This document shows positions 49,704 to 61,084 of a stretch of 64,000 nucleotides of DNA, piece after piece. The DNA comes from Bdellovibrionia bacterium. GTDB taxonomy: Bacteria > Bdellovibrionota > Bdellovibrionia > Bdellovibrionales > JAGQZY01. The stretch is from positions 15,543 through 79,542 of the forward strand of contig JAUHWH010000010.1 in assembly GCA_030424715.1 (NCBI GenBank), written 5' to 3'. Within the stretch, counting starts at the first letter, position 1. Every line of letters starts with the position of its first letter. The translations under genes and the position numbers were made by a program. The notes under the pieces were generated by a model, which ran no database searches, was not told the DNA's origin, and saw only the letters and a program-made list of their open reading frames with translations.

Positions 49704-50322
49704 CCCGGAGCAAGCGAATCCGGATGGCTTACTGGCTATGGGAGGCGATCTCTCGCCAGAGGTTTTACAAGAGGCCTACACGCAAGGCATCTTCCCTTGG
49801 CCTCAGGACGAGGAGATTCCGCTGCTCTGGTTTTCTCCCCCTCAACGAGGCGTGCTCTTCTTGGATCAACTGAAAGTCCCCAAAGCGACGCGACGAAAAA
49901 TTAAAAAAGAGCATTTTCAAGTCACATTCAATAAAGACTTTCAAAAGGTGATTGAGAGTTGTGCAAGAGTTCCGAGAAGCAGCGATACTAAGACTTGGAT
50001 AATCCCCGGGATGATTGAGGCCTACACAGAGCTTCACAAGAGGGGGCAAGCCATTAGTGTCGAGGCCTGGCGAGACGAGCAACTGGTCGGAGGCCTTTAC
50101 GGAGTCTTGTTCAAGGGGGTCTTTAGTGGCGAGAGCATGTTCTTTTTAGAAAGTGAAGCCTCTAAAGTCTGTTTGGTGACCTTAGCCGAGGACTTGCTGA
50201 AAAAGGGACACTCTTGGATTGATATTCAGATGGTCACGCCCTTGTTGGAGCAATTTGGCGGTGAGTATATCCCTCGAAAAGATTTTTTAAATATGTTAAA
50301 AAAACGTCATGAGAATCAGTGA
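49693..50322 (+). CDS. aat: Leucyl/phenylalanyl-tRNA-protein transferase
   Basis: GLLAMGGDLS, AY..GIFPW, LWFSP..RG, LVGGLYG, FSGESMF. Confidence 0.95.
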   Translation: MFPNPEQANPDGLLAMGGDLSPEVLQEAYTQGIFPWPQDEEIPLLWFSPPQRGVLFLDQLKVPKATRRKIKKEHFQVTFNKDFQKVIESCARVPRSSDTKTWIIPGMIEAYTELHKRGQAISVEAWRDEQLVGGLYGVLFKGVFSGESMFFLESEASKVCLVTLAEDLLKKGHSWIDIQMVTPLLEQFGGEYIPRKDFLNMLKKRHENQ

Positions 50323-50380
50323 GACTATAAAAAATGAATATCAGGCCGAGCTTTCGGTGCTGCGGTGACAGGGGATCGAT

Positions 50381-50872
50381 ATGGTGGTTGATAAAGACAA
50401 AGTGGTGACGATCTCTTACCAGTTATTTTCACTGGGTGAGGGGCAAGGTCCGGTCCTTATTGAGGAGCGCACCGTTGATGACCCATTGGAGTTCCTTTTT
50501 GGTCAAGGCGTCCTGTTGCCTAAAGTCGAAGAGGCCATCAAAGGCAAGAGCTACGGCTTCCAGACCGAGATCAACTTGCACGCCCGTGATGCTTTTGGCC
50601 TGCACCATCCCGAACTGCAGACCTGGCTAGAAAAAGACAAGTTTCCAAAAGAGTCTGGCATTCAACTGGGGATGAAGTTTCAGACCCAAGGCCCCAGTGG
50701 TGATGTGATTTCAGTGATTGTGAAAGAAATTACGGATGACAAAGTGATGATCGATGGCAATCATCCGCTGGCGGGTCTCTCGCTACGTTTTGATATAAAA
50801 ATTTTGAGAGTGCGCGAAGCCACCGAAGCCGAGTTGATGAAAAACGAAGTCGACCCGACGCAATTGCACTAA
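50381..50872 (+). CDS. slyD: FKBP-type peptidyl-prolyl isomerase (SlyD-like)
   Basis: KVVTISY, PLEFLFG, DGNHPLAG..L.F...I..VREAT..EL. Confidence 0.88.
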   Translation: MVVDKDKVVTISYQLFSLGEGQGPVLIEERTVDDPLEFLFGQGVLLPKVEEAIKGKSYGFQTEINLHARDAFGLHHPELQTWLEKDKFPKESGIQLGMKFQTQGPSGDVISVIVKEITDDKVMIDGNHPLAGLSLRFDIKILRVREATEAELMKNEVDPTQLH

Positions 50873-50884
50873 TCAGGGTGGACC

Positions 50885-51871
50885 ATGGAACTTCGCTTTA
50901 GAAATATTCTTGTTATTTTCGCCATTCTTAGCACGGTCTTTATTTTCTGGAATGATGACAAGGAGTCGGAGTCCGTGGTCTCCGTGGAGGATGTTGTGGA
51001 AGACCCAGGGGTCTTCGAGGCAATAGGACCGGAGCTGACGCAAAGTGAGGCGGTTCCCGCCACGGCGCCGCCAACCCAGCCAAAGAAGTCGCCCAGTCGG
51101 CTCAAGCCGGTGCAGGCCAGTGCCAGCCCGAAAGCCAAATACCCAAATCTGGATAGCAGCTTTGTAGCTTTTGATGAACAAGGCAATCGGTACATCGAGC
51201 AAATCAATCAAGTGGGGCCGCATTTGGTCTATCACGGCGATGTCCTTTTGGGCGATAGCAGTGACTTAGAGAAGTTTATGAAAACCGGGGTGGTAAAAAA
51301 AGGCCGAGCCCGCAAATGGCCCAATGGAAAGATTCCCTATGTGATTGACGACAGTGTCGTGCAGTACGATCGAGTGATCGAAGCCATTGAGTATCTCAAT
51401 ACATTCACCCATTTAAAAATCGTACCGCGGGAGTCCGAAAAAGACTACGTACTGATCACGAGAGGCGAGAGCGATTGCTACTCTTACGCGGGTCGAGTCG
51501 GGGGCAAGCAAGAGATCTTTTTGGTCCCCCAGTGCAACGTTCGTGAAATTCTCCACGAGTGGATGCACACCATTGGTTTTTTCCATGAGCAAAATCGTGA
51601 AGACCGTGATCGTTACTTAACCATTGTTTGGGACAACATCGACAAGGTGAACAAACCCCAGTTCAAAAAAATGCCTAACGATTTTATTGGTCTGGTGGGG
51701 CGCCCCTTCGATTATCAATCCATCATGCTGTACAACTCCTACACCTTCAGTGTCAGTCCCCAGACGCCCGCCATGTTGACCGTTGATGGAGACATTATCC
51801 CGCCCACCCAAAACCTGCTGAGTGACGAGGATATCAGTCGGGTGAACAAGGTCTACCCAAGCATTGAGTAA
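50885..51871 (+). CDS. Astacin-family (M12A) zinc metalloprotease, membrane-anchored
   Basis: WPNGKIPY, HEWMHTIGFFHEQNREDRD, FDYQSIMLY Met-turn. Confidence 0.92.
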   Translation: MELRFRNILVIFAILSTVFIFWNDDKESESVVSVEDVVEDPGVFEAIGPELTQSEAVPATAPPTQPKKSPSRLKPVQASASPKAKYPNLDSSFVAFDEQGNRYIEQINQVGPHLVYHGDVLLGDSSDLEKFMKTGVVKKGRARKWPNGKIPYVIDDSVVQYDRVIEAIEYLNTFTHLKIVPRESEKDYVLITRGESDCYSYAGRVGGKQEIFLVPQCNVREILHEWMHTIGFFHEQNREDRDRYLTIVWDNIDKVNKPQFKKMPNDFIGLVGRPFDYQSIMLYNSYTFSVSPQTPAMLTVDGDIIPPTQNLLSDEDISRVNKVYPSIE

Positions 51872-51894
51872 CTGAAATGGCAAAGAGGAATGGG

Positions 51895-52443
51895 CTAGGC
51901 GTCGATGTAGTTATTGTCGTCTACTTTTTTTGCTGAGGATTTTCGAAAAATGGGTAGTTTCGCTAAAAGTTGCCGCAACTTTGAGCCCAGATCCATGAAA
52001 AACCAAACGCATTGGGTCCATATCTGGTCTCTGCGGTATTCCGCCTGCTTTTTTTTCAGCTGCTCAGTGATGCCGGTGGACAGCATTTGTCGTTGGGTGG
52101 GATGCAGGTTTTCGAACTCGACTGCGACCATCTTAAAAGTCTGTGGCTTTTTGGTTTTGTGGTAGGTGCGATGCACCTGCACTCGGACCACCTTGGCGTA
52201 ACAGGCCACACTCTCAGCATTGGGGGCGGTGAACTGCACCTTTATCATCTCGTCAATCTGAGGAGCGGTAAGATAAGGAACTAAAAAGGCCATGCCTGAC
52301 TCAGAGATGTTGATGATCCGAGTGTGCATGGTTTTTGAACCCTTTGGCATATGGGCAAAGCGAACGACGTCGTTGTCACCAACCTCCACCATATAGCGTG
52401 GGGCGCGTGGGTAGAGTTCTTCAAAGTTTCTTTCTGCTGCCAT
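51895..52443 (-). CDS. PilZ-domain protein (c-di-GMP receptor candidate)
   Basis: RAPRY (RxxR) and NISESG (N/DxSxxG) motifs, AKVVR, AVEF. Confidence 0.82.
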   Translation of the reverse strand: MAAERNFEELYPRAPRYMVEVGDNDVVRFAHMPKGSKTMHTRIINISESGMAFLVPYLTAPQIDEMIKVQFTAPNAESVACYAKVVRVQVHRTYHKTKKPQTFKMVAVEFENLHPTQRQMLSTGITEQLKKKQAEYRRDQIWTQCVWFFMDLGSKLRQLLAKLPIFRKSSAKKVDDNNYIDA

Positions 52444-52450
52444 AGACAAC

Positions 52451-52477
52451 CTATCGGCACGAGGCCCTCTCCACTGA
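52451..52477 (-). promoter_or_regulatory. Putative sigma-28 promoter for the PilZ gene
   Basis: Minus strand TCAG-N15-GCCGATAG, 7 nt upstream of ATG. Confidence 0.55.
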
Positions 52478-52537
52478 AGATTTCTCAAAATGGTGCACCA
52501 GCCTCGACAATGGGCCGTGGGTTGGGTATTAAGAGGC

Positions 52538-53143
52538 ATGGAAAAATGGATCGATTCCCAGGCGAACCCCTTAGCCGTTTTTGAGGACTGGTATCAGAAA
52601 AATCTTAACGTCGCGACTTTTGAGCCGACCCAGGTGACCCTGGCTACCGTTGATGGGTCTGGCATGCCGTCGGCTCGCGTGGTGCTCTTGAAGCAGCATG
52701 ACGACCGGGGTTTTTGCTTTTTTACCAATTACGACAGCAAAAAGGGGCAGGAGCTTGTGGCCAACCCGAAAGCCGCTCTCGTTTTTCATTGGGAGAAGCC
52801 CTTGCATCGTCAAGTTCGGGTCCGTGGCTTGGTCGAGAAAATGACTTATGCCGAAAGTAACGACTACTTCCAGAGCCGTGGTCGTGGCAGCCAGGTCGGA
52901 GCCTGGGCTTCGCCCCAGAGTCAAGAGATTGCGGGGCGAGAAGAGTTACAGAATCTCGTGTCAGACGTGGAGTCACGCTTCTCAGAGGGGGGAATTCCTT
53001 GCCCAGAGAACTGGGGTGGTTTCCGTCTGATGCCCCTGCACATTGAGTTTTGGGAGTCTCGCGAGCACCGGTTGCACGACCGAATGATCTTCAGCCGCAC
53101 GGATCTTAAAGAGCCCTGGACGTCCAAGCGCTTGGCACCTTAG
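52538..53143 (+). CDS. pdxH: Pyridoxamine 5'-phosphate oxidase
   Basis: PSARVVLLK, FFTNYDSKKG, RQVRVRG, SQVGAWAS.QS, EFW..R.HRLHDR, RLAP. Confidence 0.95.
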   Translation: MEKWIDSQANPLAVFEDWYQKNLNVATFEPTQVTLATVDGSGMPSARVVLLKQHDDRGFCFFTNYDSKKGQELVANPKAALVFHWEKPLHRQVRVRGLVEKMTYAESNDYFQSRGRGSQVGAWASPQSQEIAGREELQNLVSDVESRFSEGGIPCPENWGGFRLMPLHIEFWESREHRLHDRMIFSRTDLKEPWTSKRLAP

Positions 53144-53243
53144 TTCGTGTGTTGAGTCCTAACAGAAACTGTCCCCTGAAATCTATTGCTTCTACGATCT
53201 CGAGTGTTTACTCTGGCGGAGATTTAACGAAGAGGAGTCTCTT

Positions 53244-53540
53244 ATGAAAAAATTAATTCTCACGTTCGCCGCATTGATATCCCTATGTTTGTCAGGGTGT
53301 TCCCATTATGGAAAGTCTCACGAACACAAGAAGTCCCATCACAAGCATGATCAGATGTGGGACAAAATGGATGCAAACAAAGATGGTGGAGTCACCAAAG
53401 AAGAGTTCGACAAGGCTCATTCAGAAATGTTCACAAAAATGGACGCAGACAAAGACGGAAAAATCACTAAAGCTGAGAAAAAGGCTTTTAAAAAAGCGAT
53501 GAAGGCAGAGAAGAAGTCAAAGAAGCCTTGCTGCCAATAA
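53244..53540 (+). CDS. Small EF-hand lipoprotein, His/Lys-rich
   Basis: Lipobox LSGC; DANKDGGVTKEE and DADKDGKITKAE. Confidence 0.85.
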   Translation: MKKLILTFAALISLCLSGCSHYGKSHEHKKSHHKHDQMWDKMDANKDGGVTKEEFDKAHSEMFTKMDADKDGKITKAEKKAFKKAMKAEKKSKKPCCQ

Positions 53541-53747
53541 GTTCACTGTAAGAATTCAGAGTTTTGGTACCTCGAATCGGCGATCGCAGTCCGATCAAAA
53601 AAGTCAGGTGTCAGCGTTACCGACTATTGGAAAGAGTCGTCGCTGTCGGTCGGTAGGCCTTTCACCAGCAACACTTTGTTTCGCATTCGGTTTAAACAGC
53701 CGAGTGCATTTCAAAACTCCTATTAACCCTCGGCATCCAAGGCTGTG

Positions 53748-54626
53748 TCAATTGGGCATGGCGTATTTTACGGTGATATCAAAAGAAACTTCGGAGTGCT
53801 CACAGTCTCCACTGTTGTTGTCCCCCAGAGAGACCATTTTGAAAAAATGATTCTCCGGCACTCCATTAGACATGATGCTTTTGATGTATTCTGAGTCATA
53901 CTTTAAGTTGATGACACCTTGTTCCTCGTGTCCTGGAAAAGAGCAGTCTGCCTCAAATCCGGGAATAACCGGGCAAAAAACTTGCTCTCTGTCCGAGTTG
54001 AAATCAAGATCAGTTCCTGCCAATCGACTCCAGTCGTAAAGCAAAAGGCCTGAGTACCCAACCTCTAATTGATCCCGAAAGTCGTACGAAGCGGCAATCA
54101 CAGAGTCATTGAAAGTCAGCAGAAAGTGGTCGTCATAAAAAAAGTCTTGTTGAACAAAGTCGAACTGGGCATCACAGATAATAGCTCCAGCAGGGAGATT
54201 GAGGTTTTTCTTCTGTTCAATTCGAGCCTGAAAGTGTCTCTGCCTCTTGCCGAGGTTTCCATCTTGGTTCCAGCGACAGGTGTGTCCAGGTTTTGGAAAG
54301 GTGACAGCGACCACATGATCGATGAGAGCTGTGCTGTCACACAGATTGTCGATAGTGGGGGCCGGAATCTCAATAACTTCGGCTTGCAGGGCTTCTCCGC
54401 TATCCCCAGTGATCTCAATTGCTAAGGCGGACATTGGGTCTTCTGTCCCTTCGAAACCAATCCCGATATCAAGACCTGAAGGGAGTTGCGTGTTCTCCGC
54501 GGGGTTTGTCGAACTGTCGGTATTGGCAGATGAGGAGCCCTCGCCTTTGTCACTAAAGTCGACGCCCTGATCACAGTTTTGAAACACGAGCAGAGTAAGA
54601 ACCACAGCTATTAAAAGTCGAAACAT
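53748..54626 (-). CDS. Hypothetical lipoprotein with FQNC signal
   Basis: MFRLLIAVVLTLLVFQNC, Ser-rich linker, Cys-containing domain. Confidence 0.75.
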   Translation of the reverse strand: MFRLLIAVVLTLLVFQNCDQGVDFSDKGEGSSSANTDSSTNPAENTQLPSGLDIGIGFEGTEDPMSALAIEITGDSGEALQAEVIEIPAPTIDNLCDSTALIDHVVAVTFPKPGHTCRWNQDGNLGKRQRHFQARIEQKKNLNLPAGAIICDAQFDFVQQDFFYDDHFLLTFNDSVIAASYDFRDQLEVGYSGLLLYDWSRLAGTDLDFNSDREQVFCPVIPGFEADCSFPGHEEQGVINLKYDSEYIKSIMSNGVPENHFFKMVSLGDNNSGDCEHSEVSFDITVKYAMPN

Positions 54627-55038
54627 AGTATCCCCCAAAACTCTAATTTTAGTGCAGTTCAGGCTCTCATTGCAAGAATGAGCGGCAGATCTAGCGAGGG
54701 GTGTTTAAAGTGTCTTATTTTGAGAAATTGTCCAATGAACGAGTGGTTTAGGCCGGGTCGCGGATCGTCCTGATGGGGGGCAAATTTCCATGGAACTTGA
54801 GAGTGCTTGAATCCGTTGCACGGGGGAGGCCCCTGCAAATGATGTGGAGAGGCTCCCTTAGGGAAGTGAAGATTTCAGGGCTCATCTGATAAAGAGTGTT
54901 TTTGCTTGTGTCTTTTTATATTCACACATTATAGATTTTACAAAAAACCTCATTGGATATCCTGATGACCTCTAATAAGAAAAAACATGTTATGCGACTT
55001 GTGTCTTTGTGAGGATCCATTTCAAGCCGGGGGGCCAA

Positions 55039-55875
55039 TTGAAACAATCCATTCTTGTTATTTTCTTTTTCATGTTTTTTTCTCAGCACAGCTTTGCGGC
55101 CGATCGTTGTTCCGATATTTTTGAGACCTCAGAGAGCACTACTGTCGATTTTTCCAACGAGCACCAGCTTATGCTGGAGCTTAAACAGACCAGAGAGGTG
55201 ATGGCTCGCACCACGGGGCAGCGCGAGTTCAACGATTCACTCCATAACATCGTGGTTACGGCCAACCAGATGATGAGGCAGGCGGTGGATTTTATTATCC
55301 AGATCAACGCGATGAACTTGAGTCCGCAAGTGGTTGCTCAGAAGTCAGAAATGGCAGAACGACTGATTGAAGAACTGCAAGTGACATTTGGTATTGGTGA
55401 CAATTCAATGAAGGCTGCTGTTTCCAATAGGGTGAACAATGATGTGGCGGAGCTACAAGCGAACTACCAAGCCATGCAGCAGCGCCAAGCCATTGGTTTT
55501 GGTCGCAACGAATCCTCAGAGAGCTTTCACAGTGAAGTTGTTCCTCGCCGGCCGGCGGGGTTTCGGACGTCGAAGCCAGAGAGCGAGGGCGACACGGCCA
55601 CAAAAGAGACAGTCCCTCTCGGGTTTCAGCCGAAAAACAAACAGCGCTTGGAAGAATCCATTGATGAGATCGTTGAGTATGCCGAAGTCGAAAGCAACTA
55701 CCAGATTGGTTTTCGCCCCATAGCCGAACAGCCTTCAGGAGCTGGGGCCACTCGGCATCCGGTCGGTTTTCGCAGCGCCCGCTATGAGTCCGACAAAATC
55801 TCTGAAGCCACCTCTAGCCAAATCAGCTTCGATGTTGAAACGGGCTGGTTTGAAATCAACGTACCAAAACACTAA
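55039..55875 (+). CDS. Secreted hypothetical protein with repeated [IVLA]GF motifs
   Basis: Signal peptide ending HSFA, helical N-terminal domain, low-complexity tail with AIGFGR, PAGFRT, PLGFQP, QIGFRP, PVGFRS. Confidence 0.7.
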   Translation: MKQSILVIFFFMFFSQHSFAADRCSDIFETSESTTVDFSNEHQLMLELKQTREVMARTTGQREFNDSLHNIVVTANQMMRQAVDFIIQINAMNLSPQVVAQKSEMAERLIEELQVTFGIGDNSMKAAVSNRVNNDVAELQANYQAMQQRQAIGFGRNESSESFHSEVVPRRPAGFRTSKPESEGDTATKETVPLGFQPKNKQRLEESIDEIVEYAEVESNYQIGFRPIAEQPSGAGATRHPVGFRSARYESDKISEATSSQISFDVETGWFEINVPKH

Positions 55876-55918
55876 TTTTTAGACTCATCTCCATGGCTTT
55901 GCCAAAGCAATGATTGAT

Positions 55919-57355
<1,437 letters not shown>

Positions 57356-57385
57356 CAAGCCATTCACAATAACCGAAAAAAAAGC

Positions 57386-57413
57386 GAAAAGGAGCCAGGA
57401 TTGGCTCCTTTTC
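57386..57413. terminator. Bidirectional intrinsic terminator
   Basis: GAAAAGGAGCCA-GGAT-TGGCTCCTTTTC. Confidence 0.85.
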
Positions 57414-57425
57414 TAGGGGATAAGG

Positions 57426-58199
57426 TTATTTGATGAGATTCGAGATGAGGTTAAAAAGTCCACCAAGCAGGGGGTTGCCACCAGCGATGACGCTCCCAAT
57501 GGCGTTGACGATGGTTCCGCCCACTCCACTGCCTGAGTTATTAGTATCGTTACTGTTGTTGCTATTATTGTTATCTTGGCTGGTGCCTGAGTTGTCTTGC
57601 TGACCTGAGTCGGCGCCAACATCGTCTTTGTCGAGACCCAATAGGGGGCCGGCAAAAAGCCGAATCAGTTCGCCAACAGGGGAGCCTGACAGAAACTTGT
57701 TCAGGGTGCCGCGGATCAGTGTTCCAAAGAGTTTAGAGAAATTAAAACTATCGCGGTCACCCGAAATAATTTGTTTACCCACATCAATAAGGTCGGCTAC
57801 TGGGATTCCTAAGACATCAACATCTTCAAGCTGTGATGCTACTAGAGAGGCCATCAAGCTTTGAAAAGAGTCGGGGTTAGAAACCACCTCTTGGGCCACT
57901 TCAATACCATTAATGATCATGGCTGTTTGCTTTGGGTCTCCAGAGAGCTCTTCAATAAAACTCACAAGAAATTCAGCGCCACCGAGTTTCATAAGGATAG
58001 AGTCAGGGCTTGCTTCTGAAACTTCTAGATTCTCATTAAGGAGGTCACTGTCTAATTCAGCCAGGTCGGCATCGTTAATCGCTCCATCATCGTTGAGTTG
58101 TTGAAGCGCGCTACCAGCGGTCGTCTGGGCGGTGTCCATTTTTCCACACCCAATCAGCATCATGGCTGGTAATAGTAATAGTAAAACGAGAGCCTTCAT
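57426..58199 (-). CDS. Hypothetical lipoprotein with Asn-rich linker and amphipathic C-terminus
   Basis: RBS AAGGAGG, lipobox LIGC. Confidence 0.75.
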   Translation of the reverse strand: MKALVLLLLLPAMMLIGCGKMDTAQTTAGSALQQLNDDGAINDADLAELDSDLLNENLEVSEASPDSILMKLGGAEFLVSFIEELSGDPKQTAMIINGIEVAQEVVSNPDSFQSLMASLVASQLEDVDVLGIPVADLIDVGKQIISGDRDSFNFSKLFGTLIRGTLNKFLSGSPVGELIRLFAGPLLGLDKDDVGADSGQQDNSGTSQDNNNSNNSNDTNNSGSGVGGTIVNAIGSVIAGGNPLLGGLFNLISNLIK

Positions 58200-58485
58200 C
58201 TTTCCTCCTTTAAACATTTAGAGATGGCTTACCTAACCTTCGGACTCCCTAGACCAAAGTTAAAACCACTGGACGAGACCAAAGTTTGAATTGATCAAAA
58301 GATCGACGTCCCCGGGAAGTCTAAAAGTTTTCTACGGTGCAAACGGGATGGGGGTGTCCAACTTTTCAACAGTTCTCGTTTTGGCGCGACATAAAAAAGT
58401 AGGGAAATTTCACCGCTTACAAAGTTTTGACAATTCCATTGAAATTTTCTGCTGAGAAATAGACCTCGGTTGGGCTTTTTGATCT

Positions 58486-58512
58486 CAAAGATGTCTCGAT
58501 TTGTGCCGATAG
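58486..58512 (+). promoter_or_regulatory. Putative sigma-28 promoter for the M23 peptidase gene
   Basis: CAAA-N15-GCCGATAG. Confidence 0.55.
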
Positions 58513-58539
58513 AAAACTATCACCTAGAGGAAGCCGCAC

Positions 58540-59385
58540 ATGAATCGATCTTTTTTCATTTTTACACTCGGAATGTTTGTTGCTCTAATATCAAAAGCCA
58601 TTCAAACAGTGCCGTCTCCCGATTTTAACTCGGTTGAGAGTTTAGCAGAGGCGGGCTTTGATGCCATTGATGTGGCCTCGCATTTTACAGGGCAAAACTG
58701 GCTTGAAAACAAAGTGATGTCGTCCCCGGTGGACCTCAATCAAATTTATCAGGAAAAGGTTTTCACTCGCGCGCTGGCCAACAAAAGCACAACCAAGCGC
58801 TACGAGCACTCTTACAACACTTGGATAGAGGAGAGAATCTGCCCGGAGTCTCCTTATATTGATAAGCCTGTTCGCGCCAATATGACCAGTCGGTTTGGAT
58901 ACCGAACTCACCCTATGTCAGGTCGTCGTCATGTCCATGCGGGTATTGATTTTCGCGGTAAGGCGGGGACCCCTGTTTTGGCGGGCTCTGCCGGAGTGAT
59001 CAAGACGGCTCGTCGCAAAGGAGCCTACGGTCGAACCATTGTTATCAACCATGGTAACAGCTTCACCACCCTTTATGGTCATCTGTCGGGCTATAATGTC
59101 AAAGAGGGTCAGTGGGTGAATTTGGGGCAAACCATTGGTTACATTGGTCGCAGTGGTCGTGCCACAGGACCGCATTTGCATTTTGAGGTCCGATGTCACA
59201 ATGTCCCTCTCAATCCTAGCAAGTATCTCGGGAAAATGGGTAAGGTCGCAGAAGTGAAGTTCAAACGTCGCCGTCGTAGCTTTTCTCGGCAACCCACTTT
59301 CGCAAAACGAGACCCCAACTACTACACTCGGATGATCAATTTGCAAAAGCTACGTAAGCTCAAGCAACATTCCAAAAAGTTTTAA
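58540..59385 (+). CDS. M23-family metallopeptidase (peptidoglycan endopeptidase)
   Basis: TSRFGYR.HP, HAGID, YGH, TGPHLHFEV. Confidence 0.92.
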   Translation: MNRSFFIFTLGMFVALISKAIQTVPSPDFNSVESLAEAGFDAIDVASHFTGQNWLENKVMSSPVDLNQIYQEKVFTRALANKSTTKRYEHSYNTWIEERICPESPYIDKPVRANMTSRFGYRTHPMSGRRHVHAGIDFRGKAGTPVLAGSAGVIKTARRKGAYGRTIVINHGNSFTTLYGHLSGYNVKEGQWVNLGQTIGYIGRSGRATGPHLHFEVRCHNVPLNPSKYLGKMGKVAEVKFKRRRRSFSRQPTFAKRDPNYYTRMINLQKLRKLKQHSKKF

Positions 59386-59394
59386 GCTGATTTC

Positions 59395-60396
59395 CTATTG
59401 GCAGGTGCGCATAATAAAGTTCTCGAGCCAAATGTGACTAGAGACAGGCGACGACTTTAAGGCTTTGTCAGTGTCACCCAAAACTTTGTAGGTTTTTTCA
59501 ATCTTTCGTTCACTCCAAAGACGGGCCTGGGAGGTGTACTCTCGCAGAAAGTAAAAGGGTACACCCGCAAAGCTAGAAAGCTCACGGCCGCTGAACCCCT
59601 GCTGTTCGCCGACCTTTGTCTGCCGCAGCAGGCGTACGTGGCGATGCACCATCGATAAGATGCTCACCTCGTTTTGCCCGTCGTCGAGAAGATCGGCCAA
59701 GCACATCAAGGCGCGTGCCTGGTCGCTTTTGCCAATGGCATCGGTGAGGTCAAAAACATTTTGCAGCTTGATACGAGAGGCCACATGCATGACATCACTC
59801 GCGCCGATAGATTTGCCGGCACCGACGTATTGCTCAAGTTTTAAGATTTCATTTTTGATTTCAAGAAGATTAGGTCCCACAATTTGCATCAGCAAATGGA
59901 TGGCATCATTGTCGATTTTCACGCCGTGCTTTTTACAGATATATTGCACCCACTGGGGGAACTCTCGATCAAAGGGCTTGGTGAAGTGAAAGTGAGTCAG
60001 ATGCTTCATGGCATTTTTTATAACAGTTTTTCGCCCATCCGGTTTGTCGCCCATAAAAACCAAGAACGTTGAAGGCACGGGATTGGAGAGTAAAGGGGTG
60101 AGCATTTCCCAGTCTTTATCTTTCAGTTCGTGAGCCCGACGAAAAATAACCAGTCGGTGAGTCGACATCATAGGCAAAGTTTCAATGACGTCAAAGGCGC
60201 GACTGATCTCAGTGTCTCGTCCATAAAAAACATCGTAGTTGAAATCCTTGGAGGCTTCGTCGAGTTTCTCGCTTTTTACGTGTTCAATGGCTTCTTCAAC
60301 GAAGAATTCTTCGTCGCTGGAGATGTAGCAAACTAAACCTTTGTTCAGCGTTATAAAGTTTTTTAAATCTAAAAGTGAAACTTTTTGATTGGCCAC
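59395..60396 (-). CDS. holA: DNA polymerase III delta subunit
   Basis: DFNYDVFYG, TLPMMSTHRLV, NEILKL, VFDLTDAIG, D.ALKSS; downstream of lptE. Confidence 0.9.
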   Translation of the reverse strand: MANQKVSLLDLKNFITLNKGLVCYISSDEEFFVEEAIEHVKSEKLDEASKDFNYDVFYGRDTEISRAFDVIETLPMMSTHRLVIFRRAHELKDKDWEMLTPLLSNPVPSTFLVFMGDKPDGRKTVIKNAMKHLTHFHFTKPFDREFPQWVQYICKKHGVKIDNDAIHLLMQIVGPNLLEIKNEILKLEQYVGAGKSIGASDVMHVASRIKLQNVFDLTDAIGKSDQARALMCLADLLDDGQNEVSILSMVHRHVRLLRQTKVGEQQGFSGRELSSFAGVPFYFLREYTSQARLWSERKIEKTYKVLGDTDKALKSSPVSSHIWLENFIMRTCQ

Positions 60397-60989
60397 TAAA
60401 AGTTCTCCGTTAAGCGGTCGTACGCGTTACTCATCATATCGATCGCAATAAGTTTGATAGTCTGCTTTTTTCTGGCCTCATTGTAAAGCACATTTGAAGA
60501 TCTCTCGCCTTGACGCTTCAGGCGAGCACTTTCAAAGGTATTAAACCCACTGACGTTGGTTTGCCAAATCAAATGCTTATCTCTTGAGCGAATGGCGCGA
60601 AGGTTCGCTGATATGCGCACGGTGTAGATGGAGAAAAAAGAGGCGGAATAATCAACAGCAGTACGCTCCGCTTTCGCCGCAGGAGAAAAGTCTTTGGCAA
60701 CAAAAGACGTGGGATCCGATCCTCCACCAATCACCTCGACACTCAAAACCTGACCTTTAATAATGACTTCGGCACTGTCTTTTGTGGTGACGATGACGAA
60801 GCCGGAGCGCAGTAGCTCTTGTGTCAAGGCTCGAACCATTTGGATTTCAACACCGACCTGTTGAGTCGTATTTTCGAACATCTCAACATAAACGGTTTTG
60901 TGGCCGCCCGGGAGTTCTCTGGTTTGGTGACCCCAATTGTAGCCACATTGGCAAAGACTCAAAAGGGATACTAGGAAAAACCATTTCAT
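60396..60989 (-). CDS. lptE: LPS assembly lipoprotein LptE
   Basis: Lipobox CQCGY, VYVEMFENTT; synteny with holA. Confidence 0.75.
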   Translation of the reverse strand: MKWFFLVSLLSLCQCGYNWGHQTRELPGGHKTVYVEMFENTTQQVGVEIQMVRALTQELLRSGFVIVTTKDSAEVIIKGQVLSVEVIGGGSDPTSFVAKDFSPAAKAERTAVDYSASFFSIYTVRISANLRAIRSRDKHLIWQTNVSGFNTFESARLKRQGERSSNVLYNEARKKQTIKLIAIDMMSNAYDRLTENF

Positions 60990-61084
60990 AAAGCCACGTT
61001 AGCCACCTCTGGCCGGTTTTTCAACAGTGAAATGGCCAGTTTCTATTGAACTCTCTTCGCAACGGCATTAAAGTGGCGGACATT

